Shown one piece after another: positions 20,366 through 29,900 of a stretch of 64,000 nucleotides of DNA (position 1 is its first letter; the number at the start of each line of letters is the position of its first letter). Source of the DNA: Gemmatimonadales bacterium. Lineage in GTDB: Bacteria; Gemmatimonadota; Gemmatimonadetes; Gemmatimonadales; GWC2-71-9. Location of the stretch: positions 48,050 through 112,049 of the forward strand of contig DATDEZ010000014.1 in assembly GCA_036522875.1 (NCBI GenBank). The letters run 5' to 3'. The notes below the pieces were generated by a model that had not been told where the DNA came from, made no database searches, and worked only from the letters and a program-made list of their open reading frames with translations. The position numbers were made by a program, and so were the translations under genes.

Positions 20366-21532
20366 CTATTTCGAGCTTGAAACCCCGGTGCCAGTCGCCA
20401 TCGCGGTCGACTGCCCGGCACGGACCTGCAGCTCTGGGTTGCCCGGATCAGTTTGGAAGCTCCAGTCGAAGATCAGGTAGTCCCGCCCGACGTGCGTCAC
20501 GCGGAGCGCGCCGTAGCGCAGCGTCGTGCCTTCCACGATCTGGAAGACGTAGGCATAGCCGGGGACCGCCTGAATCATGTTGCGGGTGTAGCCAGACGCC
20601 GGCGCAAAGTCGATCGACGTGAGATCGGCGACCGGCGACGTGCTGTACAGGCGGATCGACGTGCCCGAGAACTCCGGGACGAGCCACAGCGTCGAGTCCG
20701 TCGGATCGCGATACACCCAGAAATCGATGCTGCTCAGGTTGCCGCTCTGCACCAGGCCGAGCTCCGCCGACTGCGCGCGGCCGTCGGCGTTCGCGTCCTG
20801 CCAGAAGCGGAAGCCGGAGCTGGCGGTGTCTTCCTGGTAGGCGAAGACGAGCGTGTTGCGAGCGTCGGGCCGCGGCGTGTCCTGCCACAGCGGCGACCAC
20901 AGGCTCTCGTAGCCTTCTCGACTCACCGCCGTCACGCCGAAGCAGCGCGGCACACCGTTCGTCAGGGCGCTGGACAGAAACTCCGGCGCGACGGTCGTGC
21001 CTTCGAGCAGCCAGCTCGTGCCGCACAGCCCCGTGTCGAGGTTGTAGTCGGTGCTGTAGATGCGATACCACTTGAAGCGCGTGGGTGCCGCCGCATACGA
21101 CGTGTCGTCCCATTCGAGATGAATGGCGCCATTCAGCGAAATCGAGGAGAGCCAGGCCGGCGCGACGAGCTGAAGCCGCTCGTCGACGGTGATCACGTTG
21201 CTGTTCGAGCTCTCGGTGCCGTCGGTGTTGACCGCCGTGACGACGTACTGCAGATGGGGCACGCCGTTGTCGTGGAACGTGTTGGAGCTGGTTTCGCCGC
21301 GGAGCCCGAACGACTCGCTGGTCGACGCCCGCGAGTAAATGCGGTAGCTCGACAGGTCGGGATCCGCGACGTCGTCCCAAATCAGCAATATCCCCAGCGG
21401 CCGGCTGGGATCGCCGCTCGGCTCGAGCTGATAGGAGAGGTTGGCGGGCGTGGACGGAATGCCGCCCGATGACATGAACGCGTCATGGCAGGCCGCAGAC
21501 GCCAGCAGGAGCATGGGCAAGAGCACGCGCAT
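20366..21532 (-). CDS. predicted lipoprotein with two fibronectin-III-like modules, function unknown
   Basis: MRVLLPMLLLASAAC signal/lipobox. Two modules share the pattern P..L.Y......I.L.WDD......Y.IYS. The C-terminal ~200 aa have no family I recognise. Confidence 0.55.
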   Translation of the reverse strand: MRVLLPMLLLASAACHDAFMSSGGIPSTPANLSYQLEPSGDPSRPLGILLIWDDVADPDLSSYRIYSRASTSESFGLRGETSSNTFHDNGVPHLQYVVTAVNTDGTESSNSNVITVDERLQLVAPAWLSSISLNGAIHLEWDDTSYAAAPTRFKWYRIYSTDYNLDTGLCGTSWLLEGTTVAPEFLSSALTNGVPRCFGVTAVSREGYESLWSPLWQDTPRPDARNTLVFAYQEDTASSGFRFWQDANADGRAQSAELGLVQSGNLSSIDFWVYRDPTDSTLWLVPEFSGTSIRLYSTSPVADLTSIDFAPASGYTRNMIQAVPGYAYVFQIVEGTTLRYGALRVTHVGRDYLIFDWSFQTDPGNPELQVRAGQSTAMATGTGVSSSK

Positions 21533-21632
21533 AAGAGCCTCAGGTACGGGGAACGCCCGCTCCTGAAGCACACCGCGTGCCGGAAGCGAAGTCGTGATTT
21601 ATCAGTGAGTTACGCGAAATGCCCGACGGCGA

Positions 21633-21653
21633 CTGTCCCCCACAGGGGGACAG
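21633..21653 (-). terminator. stem-loop immediately downstream of the tatC::lptD-like ORF
   Basis: Perfect 9-bp stem CTGTCCCCC / GGGGGACAG with a 3-nt loop, starting 6 nt after the stop at 21660. There is no clean U-tract, so it is not a textbook intrinsic terminator. Confidence 0.4.
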
Positions 21654-21659
21654 GTGTGT

Positions 21660-24600
21660 CTACTGCACGTAGGTGTGCTGATCGTAGTCGAACTTGATGT
21701 CCGGCTGGTCGGTGAGCGCGATGTTGAACGTGAAGGAGAAGTTGCCGGCCCCCGTCTTGTAGAAGCCAAAGCTCGCGCGCCAGCGCCGCAGGTCGCGCTG
21801 GAAGGTGAGCGAGTGCGAGCCGAACTGCCTCGTGACGAGATCGTACTGGGTGTTCCAGCTCGCGGTCCAGTTGCGTGTCGGGCTGAACGAGAGATTGAGC
21901 GACGCGGTCTCTCGTCCCGGAACGTGACGCTGGGCTTGCGTCGTGTCGAAACGGCTCCGCGACATGCTGAGATTGATGCCGAGCGCAAACGCCCGGCCGC
22001 CGTAGCCGGCGCCCATGGCGCCGCGGGGGCCATAGGGATCGCGCACGCCACGGTCGTAGCGGCGGTAGTCTGCCGCATTCGAGCCCGCGATCGTATCCGT
22101 CGTGGCCGTCGTATCGGCCGTTGGCGCAGCGGCAGCCCGCGGCCGCAAGCCGAACAGCCGTCCCACGCCCTGCAACGTCGCGGGGGTCACCTGAAAGCTC
22201 GCATTTACCGACTGCAGGAACGGATCAAATTTCGCGGTGTCGGTGCCGACCTGTCCCTTCCACAGGTCGTGCACGATGCTCAGCTGGAATCCGGGCAGCA
22301 GGTCGGAAAGGAACGTGTTGCTGAGGACCTGGGTCCCCCAGCCGACGCGGTGGGGCTGCTTGGCCTGCTCGAAGTTGTAGGCAATCGCGCCCGTGTTGAT
22401 GCTCAGCAGCTTGATCTTGCGCGGCTCGCGCTCGGCCGCCGTATCGCCGGGGGCGGCCTTGAGCTTCGCCTCGAAGTTCTGGGTGAGACCGATGCTGATC
22501 GTCTGCTGCGGATCGCTGCGGCTGTTCAGCAGCCGGCCGGTGGGATCGAGCGCGTGTGCGTAGGCGGAGTCGACCCGCGCGCCCGGGGCATACTGATAGC
22601 TGATACTCGGCGCGATGGTATGCCGAATCCGCGAGAACGGCCCGAATCCGGGGAAGAATCCGAAGAACGTCGGCGTGGCGCCCAGCGAGAACGCCAGACG
22701 CTTCCCCTGCCGCACGAAATCACCGTGCGTGAATTGATTGCGTAGCATGAACGGCCCGGCGCTCGTCGTATTCAGAATGGCGACCCCGGGCTGCAGCTTC
22801 CAGGTCCCGCTGAGCAGTGGCGGCAGGTTGATGCCGGTCGACCAGTCGATTCGCGTGTCGAAGGTCTTGTCGAACAGCACGCGGCGCAACGCGCCGGTGG
22901 TGTCGCCCACGATCGGCAGCGCGAACTCCTGCCGGCCGGCCACGCGCGTATCGAGCACCGTGAGGCTGTTGTTCCAGTTCCAGCGGCCCACCCGCAACGG
23001 CGTATCGAACGTGATGCTCGTCTGGCGATCGCTATTGAACAGCGACACCGTGTCGGTCGGCAGGCTGTCCCCGGGCGCCGACGGGACGAGCAGCGTGCCG
23101 GTGTGAAAATGGAAGCGCTGCTGGTTGGAGTAGCTGAAGCGCGGCGACCAGGTCATCCACGGCGTGATGGCCACGCCGGTCGGCGTCACGCTGATCGTCG
23201 GAAACGTCTGCGTCACGTTGTTCTGTGAGAGGTCCTGCGAGCGGCTGCCGCCGATGTTGACCGCACCCCACGAATAGCGCTTGTCGAAATTCAGGTTCGA
23301 GCTGACCGTCGACGTGACTTCCCACGGGTTCAGCGAGTTGCGCTGGATCAGGCTGCCGTTGGTGGAGTAGTCGATGTGGGCGTTCAGCGAAGTGCGGGAG
23401 TTGAAGCGCTGCGAGTGATTCCATCCGATCCGTGTATTCGTCGCCGGCCGGTCGATCTGTGACATCCGCGAGTAGGTGAACGAGCCGTCCATAGCCCGGT
23501 CGATCCAGTGGTACTGGGCCTGGCCGTGAAACTGCACGTACCGGCCGGCAAACCAGTCTCCGGCGAACAGCACGTCCATGTAGTCGTTCACCGCGAAGTA
23601 GTAGCCGAAATCAGTGACGTGGCGCGAGTAATGCCGCGTGGGGCGCACGATGTCGTTCAGCCCAAACCGCGGAAACAGGATGCCGCTGCGCCGGCCGCCG
23701 CGAATGTCCTGAAAAATGAACGGCAGCCACATGATCGGGACGTCGCGCACGTACAAGACCGCGGGACGCGCGACCATGGTCCGCTTGTTGATCCACTTCA
23801 CCTGGCCCGCCGCGAAATGGTAGTCGGGCACGGGCTGCGGATCCGACGTGAAGTTCGCGGCGTGCACGTACACCCGTTTCGATCCGGAATCCGCCGCGAT
23901 GTTGCCGCGCACATACCACTTTGCCCCGCCCTGCTGGAAATCGGTCAACGCATCGCGCACCATCCCGCGGCGCACGCAGGTGTCGTACCGCATCCCCTCG
24001 CCGATCAGGACGGTGCCCTGATCGAAGAGATGGGGATCGCCTTCGGCGTTGAGCTGGCAGCTCGCCTCGTGATAGCGAATGGAGTCGGCCTCGAGCTGCG
24101 TCCCCTCGCGCTCGACGAACGCCTCGCGTCGCAGGAAAATCGTCTGGCTGTCGCCCAGGACGACGAACGTGTCGGACGTATAGCGCGTCACCCGGAACCC
24201 TTCGAGCTTGAGGAGCGAGTCCATGACCGCGTCGGCCGCCGGGAACGAGCGGACGGGACCGGTCGGCAATCCGAGACGCCGCGCCGTCGAGGTGTCGATG
24301 CTCTGACCGCCGGGCCGGCGTGTCGTGTCTTGCGTTGCAGCGGGCTTCGCCGTTGTCGTGTCACGAACGGGTCGCGGCCGCACGGGTGCCGGCGGTGGGG
24401 GAGGCGGCGGATTCTGCGCGCGGAGTGACGTGGCACCGCTCGCGAGCAGGACCAGGACGAGCGTCACCGTCGCCGCATTCCGGGCGCGCCGGCGACTCGC
24501 GACCCAGGCGCACCAAATACTGATCTCGTACAGCAGGAGGAGCGGCACGAGCATCAGCAGCATCGAGACGGCGTCCGGGGGCGTCAGGATGGCGGCGAGG

Positions 24601-25208
24601 AAAGCCGCAATCACCACCGCATAGCGGCGCTGGCGCGAAAGGAATTGCGGCGTCACGATGCCCAGCGCCGCCAGAATCGTCACGACGAGCGGCAGCTCGG
24701 CGATAAGCCCGCAGCCGACCACGAAGGGCACCGCCATGCCGAAGTAGCGGTCGATCGTGATCATCGCGCTCAGGTCGGCGCGCTGGAACCCCAGCAGCAC
24801 CTTGAGCGCGGCGGGCAGCAGCCACTCGTAGCACGCCGTGGCACCCGCCAGGAATAGCGCCACACCGACGACGAGCGCCGGAACGATCATGCGCTTTTCG
24901 CGGTCGTACAACGCGGGCGAGAGAAACGCCCAGATCTGGTAGATCACGATCGGCGAGGCGAGCAGGCAGCCCAGCGCGAACGCCACCTTCAGCGTCAACA
25001 AGAACGGCTCGGCGGGGCTCGTGAAGATCAGGCGACCGCCCGGCAGGTATGGGGCGATGGGGCGCTTCAGCACCTCGATGACGTCGACGTGGCCGAGGGC
25101 GAACCAGCCCACGACGGTGCCGACGACGATGGCGAGGATGCTCCACAGAATGCGCCAACGCAGCTCCTCGAGATGGTCGAGAAACGGCATCTCTCCGCGT
25201 GGCGTCAT
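21660..25208 (-). CDS. tatC: fusion ORF: TatC (aa 1-238) + signal-peptide-like segment + LptD/OstA-like outer-membrane beta-barrel (aa ~300-1182)
   Basis: One stop-free 1182-codon frame. N-terminus: PFLDHLEELRWRIL and six hydrophobic helices (TatC). C-terminus: PIMWLPFIFQDIRGGRRSGILFPRFG, GYYFAVNDYMDVLFAGDWF and long alternating beta-strand-like sequence ending in an aromatic-rich terminus, as in the large putative LptD proteins of FCB/Gemmatimonadota. Confidence 0.75.
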   Translation of the reverse strand: MTPRGEMPFLDHLEELRWRILWSILAIVVGTVVGWFALGHVDVIEVLKRPIAPYLPGGRLIFTSPAEPFLLTLKVAFALGCLLASPIVIYQIWAFLSPALYDREKRMIVPALVVGVALFLAGATACYEWLLPAALKVLLGFQRADLSAMITIDRYFGMAVPFVVGCGLIAELPLVVTILAALGIVTPQFLSRQRRYAVVIAAFLAAILTPPDAVSMLLMLVPLLLLYEISIWCAWVASRRRARNAATVTLVLVLLASGATSLRAQNPPPPPPPAPVRPRPVRDTTTAKPAATQDTTRRPGGQSIDTSTARRLGLPTGPVRSFPAADAVMDSLLKLEGFRVTRYTSDTFVVLGDSQTIFLRREAFVEREGTQLEADSIRYHEASCQLNAEGDPHLFDQGTVLIGEGMRYDTCVRRGMVRDALTDFQQGGAKWYVRGNIAADSGSKRVYVHAANFTSDPQPVPDYHFAAGQVKWINKRTMVARPAVLYVRDVPIMWLPFIFQDIRGGRRSGILFPRFGLNDIVRPTRHYSRHVTDFGYYFAVNDYMDVLFAGDWFAGRYVQFHGQAQYHWIDRAMDGSFTYSRMSQIDRPATNTRIGWNHSQRFNSRTSLNAHIDYSTNGSLIQRNSLNPWEVTSTVSSNLNFDKRYSWGAVNIGGSRSQDLSQNNVTQTFPTISVTPTGVAITPWMTWSPRFSYSNQQRFHFHTGTLLVPSAPGDSLPTDTVSLFNSDRQTSITFDTPLRVGRWNWNNSLTVLDTRVAGRQEFALPIVGDTTGALRRVLFDKTFDTRIDWSTGINLPPLLSGTWKLQPGVAILNTTSAGPFMLRNQFTHGDFVRQGKRLAFSLGATPTFFGFFPGFGPFSRIRHTIAPSISYQYAPGARVDSAYAHALDPTGRLLNSRSDPQQTISIGLTQNFEAKLKAAPGDTAAEREPRKIKLLSINTGAIAYNFEQAKQPHRVGWGTQVLSNTFLSDLLPGFQLSIVHDLWKGQVGTDTAKFDPFLQSVNASFQVTPATLQGVGRLFGLRPRAAAAPTADTTATTDTIAGSNAADYRRYDRGVRDPYGPRGAMGAGYGGRAFALGINLSMSRSRFDTTQAQRHVPGRETASLNLSFSPTRNWTASWNTQYDLVTRQFGSHSLTFQRDLRRWRASFGFYKTGAGNFSFTFNIALTDQPDIKFDYDQHTYVQ
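24416..24494 (-). other. internal signal-peptide/signal-anchor-like junction of the TatC::LptD-like ORF
   Basis: aa 239-264 read RRRARN-AATVTLVLVLLASGATSL-RA|Q, an n-region, h-region and AxA-like c-region, followed by NPPPPPPPAPVRPRP. Confidence 0.6.
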
Positions 25209-25236
25209 GGCTCGGTCCGGCGGTCCGGGAAGGCCG

Positions 25237-26037
25237 TTACGGCTTGAGGCGCTGCTGATTCTGCCGCGCGAGATCCGCCTCGGGTGAGCGCGGATAGCCG
25301 GCGATCACTCGGGAGTAGAAGGTGCGCGCCGTCGCCTTGTCGCCGCGCTGCTCGGCGAGGAGACCCAGCTTGTACAGCGCGGACGGAGCGCGCGGAGAGT
25401 TCGGGTAGGTGCGCACGAGCTGGTCGTACACCGCCGCCGCGGAATCGGGTGCGCCCTGCTCGAAGCTTTCCCCGATATAGAAGAGCGCGTCGGGCGCCCG
25501 CTCGTGCGTCGGGAAGACCCGCAAGAACTCGCGAAATCCCAGTCGGGCAGTCGCAAGACTGCCGCGGCGGTACTGCTGGAGCGAGATGTCGTACATCTGA
25601 TCGGGACCGGGGCCCGCCGGATTCCCCGACGGTCCGACGGGCGGCGCGCCGCCGGATGTCGCCGGCGCCGTGTTCTGGTCCGGCTGCTGCGAGCGCGCCT
25701 CGATGCGTGAGCGCAGCTCGGTGAGACGCTGCTGGCTCTGCCCCGTGAGCTCCTGCACCGTCACGAGCTGTTGCTGCACCGACAGCAGCTCGGTTCGCAA
25801 GTCGCCGCGCATCTGGACGAGATAGGCCTGCTGCGTGGCGAGCGCCTGTTGCAGCAGACGGACGGCGGCCAGGATCGTATCCCGCTCCGCCGCCCGCGCG
25901 GTATCGCTCTTCGCGAGGTCCGATCGCAAAGCCTGAACCTGGAGCTCGACCTTCCGGACGTCCCCTTTCAGGGCGCAGCCGGCGACGAGCCCCAGCGTCA
26001 GGACCAGCGTGCTACGGGCGACGGAGATTGTCACCAC
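25237..26037 (-). CDS. cpoB: Tol-Pal system protein CpoB/YbgF
   Basis: 266 aa. Signal/lipobox LGLVAGC, an N-terminal coiled coil, and C-terminal TPRs (YDISLQQYRRGS...FPTHERAPDALFYIGESF...YPNSPRAPSALYKLG...YPRSPEA). Confidence 0.85.
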   Translation of the reverse strand: MVTISVARSTLVLTLGLVAGCALKGDVRKVELQVQALRSDLAKSDTARAAERDTILAAVRLLQQALATQQAYLVQMRGDLRTELLSVQQQLVTVQELTGQSQQRLTELRSRIEARSQQPDQNTAPATSGGAPPVGPSGNPAGPGPDQMYDISLQQYRRGSLATARLGFREFLRVFPTHERAPDALFYIGESFEQGAPDSAAAVYDQLVRTYPNSPRAPSALYKLGLLAEQRGDKATARTFYSRVIAGYPRSPEADLARQNQQRLKP

Positions 26038-26623
26038 CCGCCGTCACTTCGAACTCGTCGCGCCGGTTCTGCGACCATGCCGATTCGTCATGGCCGTCCA
26101 CCAGCGGTTTTTCCTCACCCCAGGACTGCGTTTCGATGCGGCTCGCATCGATGCCGTGGCTCACGAGATATTGCTTCGCGGCCTGCGCCCGGCGATTGCC
26201 GAGGGCCAGGTTGTATTCGTCGGACCCGCGCTCGTCGCAGTGGCCGCCGATCCGGATCTTCAGATCGGGGTTCGCCTGCAGGATCGCGACCTTCTGGTCG
26301 AGCGTCGCCATGTCGTCTTGGCGCACGGACGACTTGTCGAGATCGAAGTGAATCATCGCCGCGAGCGTGCTGCGCACCTCGTCGGACGCGCGCGACAGCG
26401 CGGCCAGCGAATCGGCCTCCCGCTGACGCCGCACGCGCTCCGCTTCCTCCTGCGCCGCGCGATTCGCGGCGTCAATCGAGTCCTGACGCGCCCGCTCCGC
26501 CGCGGCGGCGGAATCCGCATTGGGCTGCGGTGCCGTTTGCGGCGGCGGATTCTTGCCGCACGACGCGCCTGCGATCACGGCAGCGCCCAGGCCAAGCGCG
26601 AGGAGCAACGATACCGATTTCAT
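26012..26623 (-). CDS. pal: peptidoglycan-associated lipoprotein (OmpA-family C-domain)
   Basis: MKSVSLLLALGLGAAVIAGASC lipobox. OmpA_C motifs IHFDLDKSSV, IGGHCDERGSDEYNLALGNRRA, NRRDEF. Start reset to the ATG at 26623. Confidence 0.9.
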   Translation of the reverse strand: MKSVSLLLALGLGAAVIAGASCGKNPPPQTAPQPNADSAAAAERARQDSIDAANRAAQEEAERVRRQREADSLAALSRASDEVRSTLAAMIHFDLDKSSVRQDDMATLDQKVAILQANPDLKIRIGGHCDERGSDEYNLALGNRRAQAAKQYLVSHGIDASRIETQSWGEEKPLVDGHDESAWSQNRRDEFEVTAGGDNLRRP

Positions 26624-26636
26624 CCTGTCTCTCCGA

Positions 26637-28055
26637 TCAGGGGGTGGAAGAAGTAGCCTCCGAGAGGCGCGGCGACCACGACGGCAAACGCGCCCCGCTC
26701 TGCTGCAGCAGTGGCCGGATTCGCCCGGTGTCGAGATCGATGATCCACAACTGGCGGTAACCCGACCGGTCGGAAACAAAGGCGAGATGGCGGCTGTCGG
26801 GGGCCCACGTCGGATCCTCGTTGCGCCCTACCGAGGTGAGCTGCCGGACCGTGCGGGTCCGCACGTCCAACACGAACACCTGCAGTGTGCCCGCCACGTC
26901 CCGGTGAAACGCCACCGATTGCCCGTCGGGCGACCACTCCGGCGCATTGGACGCACCCGTCACGCCATAATCGAACGGTGCGAACAACTGCTGGTCCGTC
27001 CCGTCCGCCGCCATCACATAGATCTGCGGCAGACCCGGTCGCGTCGAGACAAATGCGATCCGCTGACCGTCTGGGCTGAACGTCGGGGACAAGTTGTCAG
27101 AAAAGCGCCCCACGGTCAAGCGGCGTAAACAACAGTTGTTCTTCACGTTAATCGTGTAGATGTCGGTGCCGTCCTCCGTCGCACGACTGAACGCGAGGGT
27201 CTGCCCATCGGGCGAGAACGCCGGGGTGAAGTCGAGCGCCGTTCCGGTGGTCGACACCGCGGTCCGCTTCCCGCCATTCATCTCCTGCAAATACAGCCAC
27301 CCTTTACCCGCCTGGAACTCCATATACGCGAAGTGACGGCCGTCGGACGACCAAGCCGGAGACATCGCCTGGCGGTCCGTGGACGAGACGAGCTTCTGAT
27401 CGGCGCCGTCCTGATCGATTTGATACACCTTGCCGTCTTTGACGAACAGAATGCGCGTCGCCGCAATCCCCGGCGTGCCGAGCGCGGCCTGCAGCGCCTG
27501 ATCGGCGAGCCGATGGACCGCCAGGCGAAACCCGGGATCACCGGCCGGCGGCAGCACCGCGCGGACGGTGCGCCGCACGCTCGCCGCGGCGACGTCGTGC
27601 AGCGTGGCGACCGTCGTGTCGCCCGCCGCGGTGATGTCGAGCGCAAAGTCGGCGCCGAGCGCCTGATACAGCGGATAGTTGAGCGTGGAGCCGGCTTGTG
27701 CGCCACCGCTGGGACTCGCCCCAGTCCCGCGTCTCGTTCCCGACCTGCTGGACGTCTGCGGCGCCGTTGGCGAGGCCAGGCGAATCGAGTCGCCGCCGGG
27801 CAGCGTGATCACCTCGAAGCGATCGCTGTAATCGAGATCGCGTCCGATGATCGCGCGCACGGAGTCGAGGCCCATGCCCTTGCGTGGCAGCATGACGAGG
27901 CCCGGGCGCACGCCGGGGCGATACACGATGCCGATCCGAACGCCGCGGTCGATCGTCGACGTGTCTTGCGATGCGAGCCTGCACGTCGGCACGACGGCAA
28001 GCGCGCATGCCAATAAGATCAATCGTGCCGACGTGCGGTCGTGCCGACCGGTCAT
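26637..28055 (-). CDS. tolB: Tol-Pal system beta-propeller protein TolB
   Basis: 472 aa. Signal peptide, then repeated ..SPAWSSDG/..PAFSPDG/..PTFSPDG/..PEWSPDG/..PTWAPDS propeller blades. The ATG at 28055 overlaps the upstream stop (ATGA). The track ORF is over-extended. Confidence 0.9.
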   Translation of the reverse strand: MTGRHDRTSARLILLACALAVVPTCRLASQDTSTIDRGVRIGIVYRPGVRPGLVMLPRKGMGLDSVRAIIGRDLDYSDRFEVITLPGGDSIRLASPTAPQTSSRSGTRRGTGASPSGGAQAGSTLNYPLYQALGADFALDITAAGDTTVATLHDVAAASVRRTVRAVLPPAGDPGFRLAVHRLADQALQAALGTPGIAATRILFVKDGKVYQIDQDGADQKLVSSTDRQAMSPAWSSDGRHFAYMEFQAGKGWLYLQEMNGGKRTAVSTTGTALDFTPAFSPDGQTLAFSRATEDGTDIYTINVKNNCCLRRLTVGRFSDNLSPTFSPDGQRIAFVSTRPGLPQIYVMAADGTDQQLFAPFDYGVTGASNAPEWSPDGQSVAFHRDVAGTLQVFVLDVRTRTVRQLTSVGRNEDPTWAPDSRHLAFVSDRSGYRQLWIIDLDTGRIRPLLQQSGARLPSWSPRLSEATSSTP

Positions 28056-28732
28056 TGCCGCTGCCCCGAGAAGTAGAAGCGAACGAACAGGACGTCGGAC
28101 TGCCAGCCGTCCGGCAGCGTGCCGAACGCCTTGAACCGTCCCGCTTCCTCGACGGCGCCCTGCGCTTCCAGGTCGAACGCGAAATTCCCGGAGCGCCGAA
28201 TGAACTGCAGATCGGTGACCGAGCCGTCGCGGTGCACGAAGAACGAGACCTCCGCCTCGAGCGGCGTGCTTTGCGCGGGCCGCTGCCAACGGCGCAGCAC
28301 CTGCGACACGATGTTCTGCAGGTACTCGGGGAACGGGAACGCCACGCCCTCGGTGCTCACCGTCGCGACGTCGTTGCCGGTCGACGGCTTCTCTCCCGGC
28401 AGCGGCTGATTTTGCGACGTGGTGCGCGGCGCGGCTTCGCGCTGCGTCTGATCGCGCGTGGGCGGCGGCGTGGCGCGTGACACGGTGCTCTGCGGATGTT
28501 TCGCGGCCGGGACGGGTGCCGGCCGCTCCTCCGCCGGCCGGTCGACCGCGGGCGGCGCCTTGCGCGTCTCCATATCCGGGGCCGGCGCGGCAACCAGGTG
28601 GACCCGGTAGGTCGGCGGCAGCCGTTTCGGTCCGCCCGGCCCGGCGAACAGCGCGACGACCGCCACGCCGTGCACCACCAGTGTTCCCGTCAGTGCCATG
28701 CCCACCGGCGCTGGATTGCCGCGTCCTCTCAT
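28052..28732 (-). CDS. TonB/TolA-family energy-transducer protein (TolA position in cluster)
   Basis: 226 aa. N-terminal TM (LTGTLVVHGVAVVALFA), a Pro-rich spacer, and a TonB_C-like end (FPFPEYLQNIVSQV...VSFFVHRDGSVTDLQFIRRSG). Confidence 0.75.
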   Translation of the reverse strand: MRGRGNPAPVGMALTGTLVVHGVAVVALFAGPGGPKRLPPTYRVHLVAAPAPDMETRKAPPAVDRPAEERPAPVPAAKHPQSTVSRATPPPTRDQTQREAAPRTTSQNQPLPGEKPSTGNDVATVSTEGVAFPFPEYLQNIVSQVLRRWQRPAQSTPLEAEVSFFVHRDGSVTDLQFIRRSGNFAFDLEAQGAVEEAGRFKAFGTLPDGWQSDVLFVRFYFSGQRQ

Positions 28733-29166
28733 CGGTTGATCGTCTCCGGTTCGGCCACGAGCCCAACGTCCTGCACACCGGCGCCGCGAATCACGGCGAG
28801 GACCTGCACGACGCGGGCGTACGCCACGCGCCCATCGGCCCGCAGATACACCCCGGTCGGTCGTTTCGTTCGCACAAAGGCCGGGAACGTCGCCTCGAAG
28901 TCGTCATATGAGAGCGCCGATTGGTCGAGATAGATCTTGCCGTCGGCATCCACGGTGACGACGAGGCCCTGCTTGGGCTCGATCGCGCGTACTTGCGCGC
29001 GCGGCAATCGTACGTCCACCCCGCCCTGCATGATCGGCGCGGTGATCATGAAAATGATGAGCAGCACGAACGCGACGTCGACGAGCGACGTGACGTTGAT
29101 GTCCGCATTGAGCGGCAGCTCGCCGTGCCCGCGCAGGCCGCCGCCGCCGCTGAGGAGACCGGCCAT
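28729..29166 (-). CDS. tolR: ExbD/TolR-family biopolymer transport protein
   Basis: 145 aa. INVTSLVDVAFVLLIIFMITAP TM with the conserved Asp, and a periplasmic ExbD fold. Confidence 0.85.
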   Translation of the reverse strand: MAGLLSGGGGLRGHGELPLNADINVTSLVDVAFVLLIIFMITAPIMQGGVDVRLPRAQVRAIEPKQGLVVTVDADGKIYLDQSALSYDDFEATFPAFVRTKRPTGVYLRADGRVAYARVVQVLAVIRGAGVQDVGLVAEPETINR

Positions 29167-29900
29167 TAAATCCGTCCTTCCCGCGCGAGCGTGCCGACGA
29201 TCTCCTGCGCAAAGCCCTCGAGCTCACCGGCGAAGAGGCCGAGCCGGCTCACGAAGATGTTGTAGGCCATGACCGCGGGTACGGCGACCGCGAGCCCACC
29301 GACCGTCGTGACGAGCGCTTCGGCGACGCCCGGCGCCACGGCGGTGATGTTGCCCGATCCGCCGACCGCGATCCCGATGAAGGCATCCATGACGCCGAGC
29401 ACGGTGCCGAGCAGCCCGAGCAGCGGGCTGACCGATCCGAACGTCGCGAGCCAGGGAATCCACCGCGCCGCGGTGTCGCGCTCGGCGGCAACCTCTTTGG
29501 CGAGCACCATGCGCAGCGCCTCGAGCTGCGTGCCGGTCAGCGCGGTCGGTCCCGTCGCCAGCGCGACGTCGGGCGCGGAGGCGCGGGTCTTGAGACTGCC
29601 GGGCTTCAGCTCCGAGAAGAAATGCACGCCTTCGCGCAGCAACCGATTGTAGGGAGACGGCGGCAGGCGCATCGCGGCATGATAGGCGTCCTCGAGCCGG
29701 GGTGCCTTCTCGACTTCGGCGAGGAAGCGGTCGCCGAGCTGCCGCATCCGCCGGAACTGCCACCATTTCAGAACGATCAAGTACCACGAGACGAGCGAGA
29801 ACACCGCCAACACGCCCAGCACGAACTGTGTCTCGCGGCTGGACGTGAGCACCAGCTCCCACGGCGTCGTCGGGATCGCTCCGCGAACCTGTAGTAGCAC
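29166..29900 (-). CDS. tolQ: MotA/TolQ/ExbB-family proton channel
   Basis: 244 aa with three TM segments. SPLLGLLGTVLGVMDAF and VAPGVAEALVTTVGGLAVAVPA motifs. Confidence 0.85.
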   Translation of the reverse strand: MLLQVRGAIPTTPWELVLTSSRETQFVLGVLAVFSLVSWYLIVLKWWQFRRMRQLGDRFLAEVEKAPRLEDAYHAAMRLPPSPYNRLLREGVHFFSELKPGSLKTRASAPDVALATGPTALTGTQLEALRMVLAKEVAAERDTAARWIPWLATFGSVSPLLGLLGTVLGVMDAFIGIAVGGSGNITAVAPGVAEALVTTVGGLAVAVPAVMAYNIFVSRLGLFAGELEGFAQEIVGTLAREGRI

